Origin: a virus
Length of the DNA stretch: 44,119 nt
Virus genome (UHGV): UHGV-0155234
Direction: 5' to 3' (one strand)
Part shown: positions 17,356 to 25,971 of the stretch, piece after piece
Layout: every line of letters starts with the position of its first letter
Position numbering within the stretch: position 1 is the first letter of the stretch
Program-made: the position numbers and the translations under genes
The notes under the pieces: generated by a model
The model's input: the letters and a program-made list of their open reading frames with translations, nothing else
Told to the model about the DNA's origin: nothing
Database searches by the model: none

Positions 17356-18200
17356 ACAAGAAAATTTGCGCGTTGATAACTGACCGCCTGATTGAGGAAA
17401 TGGAAAAGGGCGTCATCCCGTGGGACAAGCCTTGGACGGGCGTTGGCGCTGTTTCCCACACCACCGGCAAGCCGTACAGCCTGCTTAACCAGTTAATTCT
17501 TGGCTGCACGGGCGAGTGGGTGACGATGAATCAGATCAAAGCTGAAAAGGGCCATTTGAAGAAAGGCTCTAAAGGCCGCCCGGTTGTTTTCTGGAAACAG
17601 GTGACAACGAGCTTGACTGACGAGAGCGGAGAGCCAACAGAAAAGATCGTGCCGATGCTTAGATACTACACCGTGTTCAATGTCGAAGATTGCGAGAATA
17701 TCAAAACCAAATATCCTCCCGAACTCCAAAAGCACGCAAACCCGGTATCGGAGGCCGAGGACATCATTACCGCTTATGTTGAGCGCGAGGGCGTAAAGCT
17801 GATCCGCGATAATCTGTCCGACGAAGCGTTTTACAGCCCGTCACGTGATGCAATCGTCATTCCGAAGATTGAACAATTCCCTAATGAGGCCTTGTATTAC
17901 TCGACAGCCTTTCACGAGATGGCACATTCTACCGGGCATAAAACAAGGCTTGATCGCTTTGCTTGCGGTTCTGGCGCAGCGGCTTTTGGAAGTGATGACT
18001 ACAGCAAAGAAGAGCTTGTTGCGGAGCTCGGCGCGGCAAACCTTGTCGCCCATGTTGGGATAGAAACAAGAGCTTCTTTCCGAAATAGCGCTGCATATCT
18101 TCAAGGTTGGATGCGAGTTCTAAAAAATGATCCAACTATGATAGTCTCTGCCGCTGGCAAAGCTGAAAAAGCAGTAAACTATATTTTAGGGGATGCATAA
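17352..18200 (+). CDS. ardC: ArdC-family antirestriction / ssDNA-binding protein with zincin domain
   Basis: IPWDKPW, TGKPYSLLN, LRYYTVFN, AFYSPSRDAI, HEMAHSTGH, YSKEELVAE, SAAYLQGW. Confidence 0.9.
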   Translation: MNKKICALITDRLIEEMEKGVIPWDKPWTGVGAVSHTTGKPYSLLNQLILGCTGEWVTMNQIKAEKGHLKKGSKGRPVVFWKQVTTSLTDESGEPTEKIVPMLRYYTVFNVEDCENIKTKYPPELQKHANPVSEAEDIITAYVEREGVKLIRDNLSDEAFYSPSRDAIVIPKIEQFPNEALYYSTAFHEMAHSTGHKTRLDRFACGSGAAAFGSDDYSKEELVAELGAANLVAHVGIETRASFRNSAAYLQGWMRVLKNDPTMIVSAAGKAEKAVNYILGDA

Positions 18201-18210
18201 TGCATCCCCT
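18188..18210. terminator. Hairpin between convergent ardC and integrase
   Basis: AGGGGATGCA-TAA-TGCATCCCCT. Confidence 0.6.
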
Positions 18211-18261
18211 GTTTAGCTATATTATACGATAACAGGTGTTAAGGTTCTTTATAGCCAAACA
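18210..18261. other. Probable attP of the serine integrase
   Basis: 52-bp imperfect palindrome centred on GG (18235-36): TGTTTAGCTATA..TAACA GG TGTTA..TATAGCCAAACA. Confidence 0.65.
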
Positions 18262-19547
18262 AGTTCAAAAAAGATGTCGCCGTTTTCTGAAATCACAATC
18301 CGGCGAATGAAGCGATTCCACACTTCCTTTTTTCCACTTGGCGGAAGTTTGTCGTATGCGTCCAGCAAAGACATGACAAGTTCTTCGTTGATGGGCTTCG
18401 GTTCTGGCGGAACGTTCAGTTTTTCTTTTAGAGAAGTGTATTCCATTTCGTATTTCTCGCGGCTTATGAGATCGGCGAGGTAAAGGTCTGTCAGCTTGTC
18501 CATTTTGCGTTTGATTGCCGCCGTATCAACCGGCGGCTTTGTTTTTCCCGCCTTGAGCTTTGCATTGTGCGCCTGTACCTCGATTGGCAGCTTGGCAAGC
18601 AGATATTTTTCTAGCGTCGCCTCGTTGATTCTCTTTTTGTGGCGACAGATACCCATTTCATAGTTTTTGCATCGATAATAGAAGTAATCTGTCCCACGTT
18701 GCCGTGTTGAATGCGTTACAAGACGATGGCCGCATTCGGCGCACCAGACAAGGCCGGAGAAAAGCCAAGTATGCCTTGATCCGTTGTTGCGAATGCTTCT
18801 TGCTGTCAGCATCCGTTGTACAAGGGCGAAATCCTCCGGCGGTATCAGCGCGTCGCAGACTTTTATTCCGTTGTTAAGGCCGATATATCTCTCGTTGCTC
18901 AATGCGCCTTTTATATGATGGTTTGCTCGCATTATTCCAAACTCGGAAACGAGCATCTTTTTGACGTGGTTAACGCTTCCCGTTGCGATGTAATCCTCAA
19001 ACATTCGCCTTGCAATGTGCGCCGTTTCCTCGTCGATGCAAAGGCGGCTCTCGACGGCCTTTAACCCGATTGGCGTTTTACCCGCTGGGCAAAGGCCAAG
19101 CTCCCGCTTGTGCTGCATGATCCGTTTAACGCGTTCTGATGTTCTGTCTGCCTCGTCCTGTGCGACGGACAGCATTATATTGACCTTTAACCGACCGGCG
19201 GCGGTGGCGGTCTCATAATCCTCGTATGTTGCTTGCCATACAACACCGTGCGCGTCTAGGACTTCCTGCGCCTTGTAAAACTCTCCGATGTTGCGGAACC
19301 ACCGGTCGAGCTTTGTGAATGCAACAAGATCGATTTTTCCCGCTTCCACGTCGGACAGAAGCCGCTGCAGCTCCGGGCGCTTTGACACGCTTTTCCTGCC
19401 GCTTACCCCGGCATCGATGTAATAATCAACGACCTTATGCTTGTTTTCCTCTGCCCATCTTTTCAGGCTGTCCTTCTGGTCATCGACGGAAAGGCCGTGA
19501 ACGGCTTGTTCTTCCGTGGAGACGCGGACATAAAGTGCAACTCTCAT
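18249..19547 (-). CDS. Large serine recombinase (integrase)
   Basis: YVRVSTEEQ, DAGVSG, RPELQRLL, KLDRWFR, recombinase domain, Zn ribbon SGLVWCAECG..YYRC. Confidence 0.95.
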   Translation of the reverse strand: MRVALYVRVSTEEQAVHGLSVDDQKDSLKRWAEENKHKVVDYYIDAGVSGRKSVSKRPELQRLLSDVEAGKIDLVAFTKLDRWFRNIGEFYKAQEVLDAHGVVWQATYEDYETATAAGRLKVNIMLSVAQDEADRTSERVKRIMQHKRELGLCPAGKTPIGLKAVESRLCIDEETAHIARRMFEDYIATGSVNHVKKMLVSEFGIMRANHHIKGALSNERYIGLNNGIKVCDALIPPEDFALVQRMLTARSIRNNGSRHTWLFSGLVWCAECGHRLVTHSTRQRGTDYFYYRCKNYEMGICRHKKRINEATLEKYLLAKLPIEVQAHNAKLKAGKTKPPVDTAAIKRKMDKLTDLYLADLISREKYEMEYTSLKEKLNVPPEPKPINEELVMSLLDAYDKLPPSGKKEVWNRFIRRIVISENGDIFFELVWL

Positions 19548-20104
19548 TTCTTTTTCCCCTTGTAAATGCTTTTGAAGGCGTAAATGATGGTTGCGACGGA
19601 GGCGTTCAGTATCAGGGCGAGGACGCCCGCAAAAATGCTTGTCCCGGCCGAGCGGAAAATACCGGCGGTCTCTACCTGGATGTCAAATATGACGTACCAT
19701 ACAACGGCGCACAAAAGAATACTGCATATGCCTATAAGCATATAAATTGTCCTTGTGTGGGTTTCCCCCTGCTTTCTCAGCCCTGCGTTCATTTCTTGCA
19801 GATGCTTTACTTCGCCGGATAACCGCACGTTCTCTAATTCTAGATCATGGACATGCTGTGTGTTCGGCTGTTCATCCAGACCGACAAGCTCATTCAGCGA
19901 TAGATTCAATACCTTGCAAGTGGCAGCGGCATAAAAAAGGAGCGGGTGCTTGACCCGCCCTGCATTTGTGTCGCAGACGTTGTTATAGGGGACGCCCGAA
20001 AGGTCAGACAACTCTTGCAGGGTAAAGCCGCTGGCATTTTTCGCTTTGCGAAGTTTGGCTGGATACTCGTCTAAGTAAGGTTGTAGGTCTGTGAGCGCGG
20101 ACAC
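19544..20104 (-). CDS. XRE-HTH protein with coiled coil and two C-terminal TM helices
   Basis: GTG 20104 after GGAG; LRKAKNASGFTLQELSDLSGVP...LNLSLNELVG; two hydrophobic helices. Confidence 0.75.
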   Translation of the reverse strand: MSALTDLQPYLDEYPAKLRKAKNASGFTLQELSDLSGVPYNNVCDTNAGRVKHPLLFYAAATCKVLNLSLNELVGLDEQPNTQHVHDLELENVRLSGEVKHLQEMNAGLRKQGETHTRTIYMLIGICSILLCAVVWYVIFDIQVETAGIFRSAGTSIFAGVLALILNASVATIIYAFKSIYKGKKK

Positions 20105-20298
20105 TTTTTCTCCATCTCCATTCAGTTGTTGGATTTCCCGAAAGTTTTGGGAACGGTTCTTGAATCTTCCTCCTGATTTGTGATTTACAACATGGACTTT
20201 ATGGGCAAGAGCGGGTACGCTTGAGATGTGGCAGACGTGTCGGTTTACCACCTTACCCGAAGCCCCGGCAGAGGTTGCCGCCAACGCCGGGGCACTTC

Positions 20299-21081
20299 TC
20301 ACTTTATGATGTAAGCGGACGCCTCATAAGACGTTATATCATTGAAGTTGACAAAGCGCTGCATTTCGCGCCCGTCCATTGTCTCAAATTCCGCCTCGCT
20401 GTCCTCATGTATCGGATCGGAGATATAAGACGATATGACGCCGACCGGATCATCGCCGGAGAACAGAACAACATAAATGTTACAATAGGATACCAGTTTT
20501 CCGGTCGTGTTTTCCACAATGCCGGAAGCAACGACGCCGGACGGGTTATACTGGCGGGTGTCTCTGCCAAAGGTCACGTCCTTTGTCGGCAGAAAAGTAA
20601 TTTCCTCGAACGCTTGTTGAAAGTCAATGGACGGAACGGCGGTAAGATTCCGCTCTTCGGTTGTGATAACTTCCTGCTGGAAGAAGTACGATTTTTCGCC
20701 TGGCTTTATGACGCTTGGATAACCGCCACCGATGTTCTTCGTTTCAACAATGTTTCCGGCTTCGTCCACGAGATCGACATAGCTCGGCTTTTCATAACTT
20801 AACGTTATATTGCAGTCGCCCTTGTTTTCGACAACGAAAAGGATTTGAGCAAACGTGTTTCTCCCGGCGTCATCCGTTCCAACTTTGCAGTTTGTGTATG
20901 TTATTTCGTAATCAATTACCGGTTCCGGCTGCGGCGTCGGTTCTGGCGACGGCTCCGGTGTGGCTGTCGCTTCAACAACCTGACTTGCTTCTTCTTTCGC
21001 CGTTTGAGCCTCTGCGCCGCATGCGCAAAGCGTGAAAACGAGCGCAAAAACCAAGGCAAGGGCAAGCAGTTTCTTTCTCAT
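20299..21081 (-). CDS. Lipoprotein, candidate superinfection exclusion
   Basis: MRKKLLALALVFALVFTLCAC lipobox, Pro-rich linker, two beta-sandwich-like repeats. Confidence 0.75.
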   Translation of the reverse strand: MRKKLLALALVFALVFTLCACGAEAQTAKEEASQVVEATATPEPSPEPTPQPEPVIDYEITYTNCKVGTDDAGRNTFAQILFVVENKGDCNITLSYEKPSYVDLVDEAGNIVETKNIGGGYPSVIKPGEKSYFFQQEVITTEERNLTAVPSIDFQQAFEEITFLPTKDVTFGRDTRQYNPSGVVASGIVENTTGKLVSYCNIYVVLFSGDDPVGVISSYISDPIHEDSEAEFETMDGREMQRFVNFNDITSYEASAYIIK

Positions 21082-21189
21082 AACATCCAATCTCCTATTA
21101 AATTTTTGTTGCGGCTATGTTCAGAATAAATTTTCATGTCGATAGAATCAACAGAAAATTGTCGAAAAACAATTTAGGGAAGTGATAAA

Positions 21190-21324
21190 ATGCAAACACC
21201 CGTTGACGCACCAAATCGCTACACCCGCAGGATTGACTTCCTGCTCAAATTCTACAAATTCATAATGGAGGATCAGAATGAGCGAGAACGAAAAGAATCT
21301 ACTTGCGGAGAACGAAAAAGCTGA
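21190..21324 (+). CDS. Small hypothetical ORF, 44 aa
   Basis: GGGAAGTGA SD-like; MQTPVDAPNRYTRRIDFLLKFYKFIMEDQ... Confidence 0.35.
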   Translation: MQTPVDAPNRYTRRIDFLLKFYKFIMEDQNERERKESTCGERKS

Positions 21325-21403
21325 AATTGAAAAAGCAATTCAGGATCCTGCTTTGCGAGAGGCTATCATCTTAATTTTAGAAGAAGCAGGATTGCTTCCT
21401 TAA
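21278..21403 (+). CDS. Small ORF, 41 aa, overlapping repressor 3' end
   Basis: GGAGG SD; MSENEKNLLAENEKAEIEKAIQDPALREAIILILEEAGLLP. Confidence 0.5.
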   Translation: MSENEKNLLAENEKAEIEKAIQDPALREAIILILEEAGLLP

Positions 21404-21686
21404 CATTGTCGTCCGCCTTTTCGTAAGCGGCTAAAATTTGCCAATCAGAATACTTAGAGGAAAGCTCTTTGTCGGTGTCGACAGGGAGCTTTTCTTCTTT
21501 TTCGTCAAAGTAGGAAACAGGAACATTAAACACCTCTGCGAGTTTCGCAATGTTCTTGTCGGTTGGCGTTTGCCCTCTTTTCCATCCATTTACAGACGTT
21601 TTAGAAAGTCCGGCGTTTAATGCTGCGCGGGATGGTGATATTCCGGTGGCATTACATAACTTAATAAACTGTTGGTAAAACGCCAT
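21366..21686 (-). CDS. CI-like XRE repressor
   Basis: GISPSRAALNAGLSKTSVNGWKRGQTP...LAEVFNVPVSYF; divergent from cro-like gene. Confidence 0.9.
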   Translation of the reverse strand: MAFYQQFIKLCNATGISPSRAALNAGLSKTSVNGWKRGQTPTDKNIAKLAEVFNVPVSYFDEKEEKLPVDTDKELSSKYSDWQILAAYEKADDNVKEAILLLLKLR

Positions 21687-21720
21687 AAAACACCCCTGCC
21701 TTTTTGTTTAGAATGCCGAA

Positions 21721-21879
21721 GTTACCGAAGTTAGCAAAAAGATGTTTACTTCAATAACGTCATGGGTTATAATGCAATCATGGTTAGCGAAGTTAATAAA
21801 GCGCAGTTGCTTTTGCGCCCCGTTTCTGCTGTTTTGTAAGTGCAATTTCATTATAGCAGACGGTGTTAACTTTTGCAAC
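21721..21879. promoter_or_regulatory. Immunity switch: face-to-face promoters and four operators
   Basis: TTTACT-17-TATAAT (+, 21745-73); TTGCAA-17-TATAAT (-, 21878-50); GTTA-N7-TAAC-like sites at 21721, 21744, 21783, 21865. Confidence 0.7.
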
Positions 21880-21914
21880 TATCAAATCGAAAATTATTTG
21901 ATGGGGGTGAAAAA

Positions 21915-22127
21915 GTGAATCTTCCCGAAGCATGGACGGGACGGCTGATCGGCAAGATGCATAACAACGGCATCACGAACACGGAGCTTGCCAATCGGCT
22001 CGGCTACCACAAGGCGTATGTCAGCATGATCCTGAATGGCCAGCGAAGCCCAAGCAATGGACGCGCCAAACTTGAGGCGGCTGTCGATGAGATCATCAAG
22101 GAACGGAGGGAGAACGGTGCAGACTGA
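21915..22127 (+). CDS. Cro-like HTH protein
   Basis: GGGGGTGA SD, GTG start; ITNTELANRLGYHKAYVSMILNG. Confidence 0.85.
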   Translation: MNLPEAWTGRLIGKMHNNGITNTELANRLGYHKAYVSMILNGQRSPSNGRAKLEAAVDEIIKERRENGAD

Positions 22128-22260
22128 AATGACGGTAGCGGACGGCGAGCGCTTTGCCGCTATTGTTTGGCAGACTTATGCGAAATACTTCAACGTCACT
22201 GTTGAGCCCTTGAACCAACGCAAAGCAGAGCCAGCGCCTGAGCAGGCACAAGAAAGATAA
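22117..22260 (+). CDS. Small hypothetical protein
   Basis: GGAGG SD, GTG start, 47 aa. Confidence 0.55.
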   Translation: MQTEMTVADGERFAAIVWQTYAKYFNVTVEPLNQRKAEPAPEQAQER

Positions 22261-22269
22261 GACAGCGTA

Positions 22270-22503
22270 TAACCGGCTTTAAGTACTGCATACCCCCGAA
22301 GTCTGCGAGGGATATAAAGCCGCTTGAATTTGGTGACTTAGATAGGATGATGCTTATCCCGTCGCCGTTGACGAAATAAGCGACACTATCCAGTTTCCAG
22401 CCTTTGGCGATGAGCGAGACCGCCTTGGCGAATGAATCTGTATAGAATCTCTTGATTATCCCACCTCCTTTCGGAGGGGGTACGCAGTACTTAAAGCCGG
22501 TTA
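22270..22503 (-). ncRNA. Structured antisense RNA closed by 28-bp inverted repeat, with cryptic ORF
   Basis: 22270-22297 vs 22476-22503 complementary 27/28, mismatch is G-U on minus strand; internal hairpins; candidate promoter TTGTCC-16-TAAGAT. Confidence 0.55.
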
Positions 22504-22538
22504 ACTGATCTTATTACATTATTAAAGGAGGACAAAGC

Positions 22539-22898
22539 ATGAGCGAGAAAACCGAAAAAGAAGCCCTGCGCGATGAGATCGTCGCGTACACAGACGAGCT
22601 TTTGAGCTACGCCATCAAAATGGACGTTGACGCAATTCCGAACGACCCCGAACAGATCACCGAGGAGTATCAAAATTTGCTTCACAGAATAATTCCCAAA
22701 ATTGGCAAGATCATGACAGGAATAAATCTTTTGTATTTTGCGGATGAATCAAGAGCCAATGCCCGCCTCCGGCAGTATTTCGAGGCCGTACAGAAAATCC
22801 AGAACATCAACGATCAGCTGGATAGTTGCTTTATGATGCTTCGTTGTCTTGGAGTCGGCGAAGCGTTTCCGATTCCGATGTACTCGTCACCGGCATGA
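22539..22898 (+). CDS. Hypothetical protein
   Basis: AAAGGAGG SD; 119 aa helical. Confidence 0.75.
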   Translation: MSEKTEKEALRDEIVAYTDELLSYAIKMDVDAIPNDPEQITEEYQNLLHRIIPKIGKIMTGINLLYFADESRANARLRQYFEAVQKIQNINDQLDSCFMMLRCLGVGEAFPIPMYSSPA

Positions 22899-23083
22899 TC
22901 GCCCCATGTAAGGACTGTTCCGAGCGCTTCGTCGGTTGTCATGCATCCTGCCCCCGTTATGCGGAATTCAAGGCCGGATGTGAAGCACGTCGGGAAGCGC
23001 GGACAAAGATGCACCCTATCGCCGATTACACCATCGACATCACCAAGAGAGTACAAAAAGCGGCCCACCGCCGCAGAAAGTAG
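22895..23083 (+). CDS. Small Cys-rich phage protein
   Basis: MIAPCKDCSERFVGCHASCPRY; ATGA overlap. Confidence 0.75.
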   Translation: MIAPCKDCSERFVGCHASCPRYAEFKAGCEARREARTKMHPIADYTIDITKRVQKAAHRRRK

Positions 23084-23094
23084 GAAAAACAACC

Positions 23095-23490
23095 ATGGAG
23101 AAAACCTGCGAAAGCTGCCGCAGATCGGAAATGTGCAAGCACAGCGGCAGCGTTTGCCGCAACTGGCGGCTGAAAAAAAAGGAAACCCCGAAGGTCACGC
23201 CGGAGGAGTACGCTGCCGCCCACGTCATGAGCCGCATCGAATGGCGAACGAAACGCGATAGTGTGGAAAACGCCGACGGCTCAAAAACGGTGCTTGAGCA
23301 CCACTACCCGGTCGTCATTGTCGGCGAGGGCGACCGCCGCACCGTCTGCGGGTATTACGCGTACCTTTCCCGCGACGAGATGCGTTACTGCGCTATGTCC
23401 GACGAGTGGAAGGGAACGACCACGGTCGTTGACGAGTACATGCCGCATGATGGAGGGTTCGCCATCATTCGCGCAATGGAGGAGGGATGA
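23095..23490 (+). CDS. Hypothetical protein
   Basis: AGGA SD; N-terminal CxxC..C. Confidence 0.7.
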   Translation: MEKTCESCRRSEMCKHSGSVCRNWRLKKKETPKVTPEEYAAAHVMSRIEWRTKRDSVENADGSKTVLEHHYPVVIVGEGDRRTVCGYYAYLSRDEMRYCAMSDEWKGTTTVVDEYMPHDGGFAIIRAMEEG

Positions 23491-23494
23491 CAAG

Positions 23495-23707
23495 ATGAGC
23501 AAAACAAAGGCAACGTTCGCCACCACCGCCATCATGACGCTTTTAGCCGCCGTGATCTTCTTCGTCTGGAAATTCGGAAACGGCCTCGGCTTCGCGGTCA
23601 TCGAGGGCATCTTCGCGGTCTACGGCTTTTCGAGCCTCGCCGATGACTGCTGCCGCTGGCTGCAAATTCCGGACACGTCGATCATGCAGAGAGGAGGACG
23701 GCACTAA
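23495..23707 (+). CDS. Small two-TM membrane protein
   Basis: GGAGG SD; two hydrophobic helices. Confidence 0.7.
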   Translation: MSKTKATFATTAIMTLLAAVIFFVWKFGNGLGFAVIEGIFAVYGFSSLADDCCRWLQIPDTSIMQRGGRH

Positions 23708-24009
23708 TGATTATCTATCTCGCCGGCAAGATCACCGGAAATCCCGAATACCGCATACATTTCACTGCAGCAAAGACGGAACTGGAAAGATATGGTCATA
23801 TCGTTCTGAATCCTGCTGAGCTGCCGGAGGGCATGAGCAAGGCCGCATATATGCGCATCTGCTTTGCAATGATCGACGTAGCGGATGAAATTCGCACAAT
23901 CCCCAACTGGTATGACAGCCCCGGCGCAAGAGTAGAAACCGCTTACGCTGAATACATCGGTAAGCCGATCGGCGTGGCAGAATATGCACTGATGGGAGGA
24001 ACGGAATGA
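23707..24009 (+). CDS. DUF4406 / nucleoside deoxyribosyltransferase-like protein
   Basis: IYLAGKITG, LNPAELP, NWYDSPGARVE. Confidence 0.85.
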   Translation: MIIYLAGKITGNPEYRIHFTAAKTELERYGHIVLNPAELPEGMSKAAYMRICFAMIDVADEIRTIPNWYDSPGARVETAYAEYIGKPIGVAEYALMGGTE

Positions 24010-24464
24010 ACGACACACGTTATACGGCCATCGCCGCCGCCCTCCGGGAAGAGTTCCCGAAGGCCAATAAGGGCACGGTGAGCATGGCGCTGCACACGAA
24101 CGACTACGGCGTGAAGTTCTGTGCCAGAGCGCAGGAGATTTACGACGCTGTGACGCAGCGCAAGCCCCGCAGACCGCACCGCGTTAAGCCCATACGGTTA
24201 CAGTGCCGGTTGACCGAAAGCACCGCACAGCGCGTTAAACAAGCGCTGGAAAGAAACGGCATCGCGTCCATGCAGACGTTTTTGGAATCCCTCGTTCTGG
24301 CATGGCTCGCGCAGTCTGAAAGCTCTACCACATGGGCGGAAAAAGGCGAAAGCGCCGCCGGTGGAGATGACACCGACAGCGCTTACAGGAAAAACAACCT
24401 TGCTTCAAATTCTACAGCAAAGGAGGCGGACTTGTCAAGTGTCCAGAACGTGCCGCTGCCGTGA
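24006..24464 (+). CDS. Hypothetical protein, possible RHH region
   Basis: GGAGG SD; RLQCRLTESTAQRVKQALE. Confidence 0.7.
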   Translation: MNDTRYTAIAAALREEFPKANKGTVSMALHTNDYGVKFCARAQEIYDAVTQRKPRRPHRVKPIRLQCRLTESTAQRVKQALERNGIASMQTFLESLVLAWLAQSESSTTWAEKGESAAGGDDTDSAYRKNNLASNSTAKEADLSSVQNVPLP

Positions 24465-24720
24465 CTGCGGCGAGGACGGATTTTACCCCGTCGTTTACGC
24501 CGACGAAGGCTACGGCTGGGAGCGCTGCCCGACCTGCGGGTCTGACCGTATCGAATGGGGGAATAAATGCCCCTTGTGCGGACGGTACGCCGAGGGAATC
24601 TACTGCGACGATTGCGCGAAGAACCTCAGCGACCGCTTCCACGAGCTTTTAATCTGCAATTTTGACAAAGAAGAGATCAAAGCATTAAACGAATTTTTTG
24701 ACGGAAAGGAGCTGTGCTGA
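24439..24720 (+). CDS. Zinc-finger hypothetical protein
   Basis: Four CxxC motifs; start uncertain. Confidence 0.65.
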   Translation: MSRTCRCRDCGEDGFYPVVYADEGYGWERCPTCGSDRIEWGNKCPLCGRYAEGIYCDDCAKNLSDRFHELLICNFDKEEIKALNEFFDGKELC

Positions 24721-25079
24721 TGCTCAACATTGATGTTTTTCCTGCGAATCTGCGCTTTGAAATGGAAAAGCGAGGAATAACACAGGCAACGCTTGCGGAT
24801 ATGACTGGAATTACAAAATCGACGATCTCGCTGCTCGTCACGGGAAGCAATTCCGCAAATCTCTCAACGGCGGTCAAGATTGCAAACGCCCTCGGCCTTA
24901 CGCTTGATTACCTTCTCGGCAATGGCCCAATCTCCGAAGAAGACGGGAAGCGTGAAAAGGAAAAACTGAAAATCCTTGAATTGGAAAAAGACCTGTCCGA
25001 TGCGCTTATGAACCTTCGCGCAACAAAGAAAGCATACGAAAATGCAATAAATAACTATCGAAGAAAGGAACTTGAATAA
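24720..25079 (+). CDS. XRE-family HTH regulator
   Basis: ITQATLADMTGITKSTIS...IANALGLTLDYLLG. Confidence 0.85.
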   Translation: MLNIDVFPANLRFEMEKRGITQATLADMTGITKSTISLLVTGSNSANLSTAVKIANALGLTLDYLLGNGPISEEDGKREKEKLKILELEKDLSDALMNLRATKKAYENAINNYRRKELE

Positions 25080-25327
25080 TGGCTTACTACAAGAACGAAT
25101 TTGACACCGGCTTCGTCGTCGACGAAAAGACCGGAGAGAGCACGGCGATGTTTACCGTCGGAATCACCGTCGCGGAATACCGCGAACTCGTAGAAAGAGC
25201 AGGAAAAAACGACGCGGCGCGTCTCGCGGATGACTACTGGAAGATGCGCACGGAGAATATCTCCCTGCGCGCCGAGCTTGCCGATCTCCGGCAGAAGCTC
25301 GCGGAGGTAAAGGAGGCGGCGGAATGA
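25079..25327 (+). CDS. Hypothetical protein
   Basis: TAATG coupling; 82 aa. Confidence 0.7.
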   Translation: MAYYKNEFDTGFVVDEKTGESTAMFTVGITVAEYRELVERAGKNDAARLADDYWKMRTENISLRAELADLRQKLAEVKEAAE

Positions 25328-25971
25328 GCGAGAACATGAGCATTTATAACGCCGTCCGGTCGGTGCCGAACGAAGCGATCAAGCCCATCAGCGCTGGACG
25401 CTTGAAAGGATTCAGCGACATTAACCCTATGTGGCGCATTAAGAAACTGACAGAAATGTTCGGCCCCTGCGGTGTTGGCTGGTGGTATGAAATCACCGAC
25501 AAGCGAATCGTTGATGACAACATCACACAGCAGCGCGCGGTTTTCCTTGACATTCTTTTATTTTACGTCGATCCAGAAACCGGCGTTGCGTCTCACGGAA
25601 TCCCCGGAACGGGCGGCAGCTCCCTTGTCGCTCAGGAAAAGAACGGGCCGTACCTCTCCGATGAGTGCTTCAAGATGGCTCTCACGGACGCCATCTCCGT
25701 TGCTTCTAAGGCGCTCGGCCTTGCGGCAGACATTTATTACGCCAAAGACCGAAGCAAGTATACCGCGCCGGGTGAAGCGGCAGATTACACCACCGCGCCG
25801 CCTTCGGCAAAGCCCGCAAATATCATCATTGGTGGGAATGCCGATCTTCCGATGATCTGCGCAGACTGCGGAGCAGAGATCAAGGATGATGTGCATGATT
25901 ACAGCGTGAAATGGTACGGAAAACCGCTCTGCCGCGACTGTCAGAGAAAGAACCCGAGGTTGAAGAAGTGA
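25324..25971 (+). CDS. Rad52/Sak-like single-strand annealing protein
   Basis: INPMWRIKKLTEMFGPCGVGW, KMALTDAISVA..LGLAADIY; C-terminal Zn finger. Confidence 0.75.
   Translation: MSENMSIYNAVRSVPNEAIKPISAGRLKGFSDINPMWRIKKLTEMFGPCGVGWWYEITDKRIVDDNITQQRAVFLDILLFYVDPETGVASHGIPGTGGSSLVAQEKNGPYLSDECFKMALTDAISVASKALGLAADIYYAKDRSKYTAPGEAADYTTAPPSAKPANIIIGGNADLPMICADCGAEIKDDVHDYSVKWYGKPLCRDCQRKNPRLKK

Noticed and set aside
22270..22503. IS/MITE or retron reading of the inverted repeat
   Set aside because: No transposase or reverse transcriptase in the window and no target-site duplication; kept as an RNA finding.
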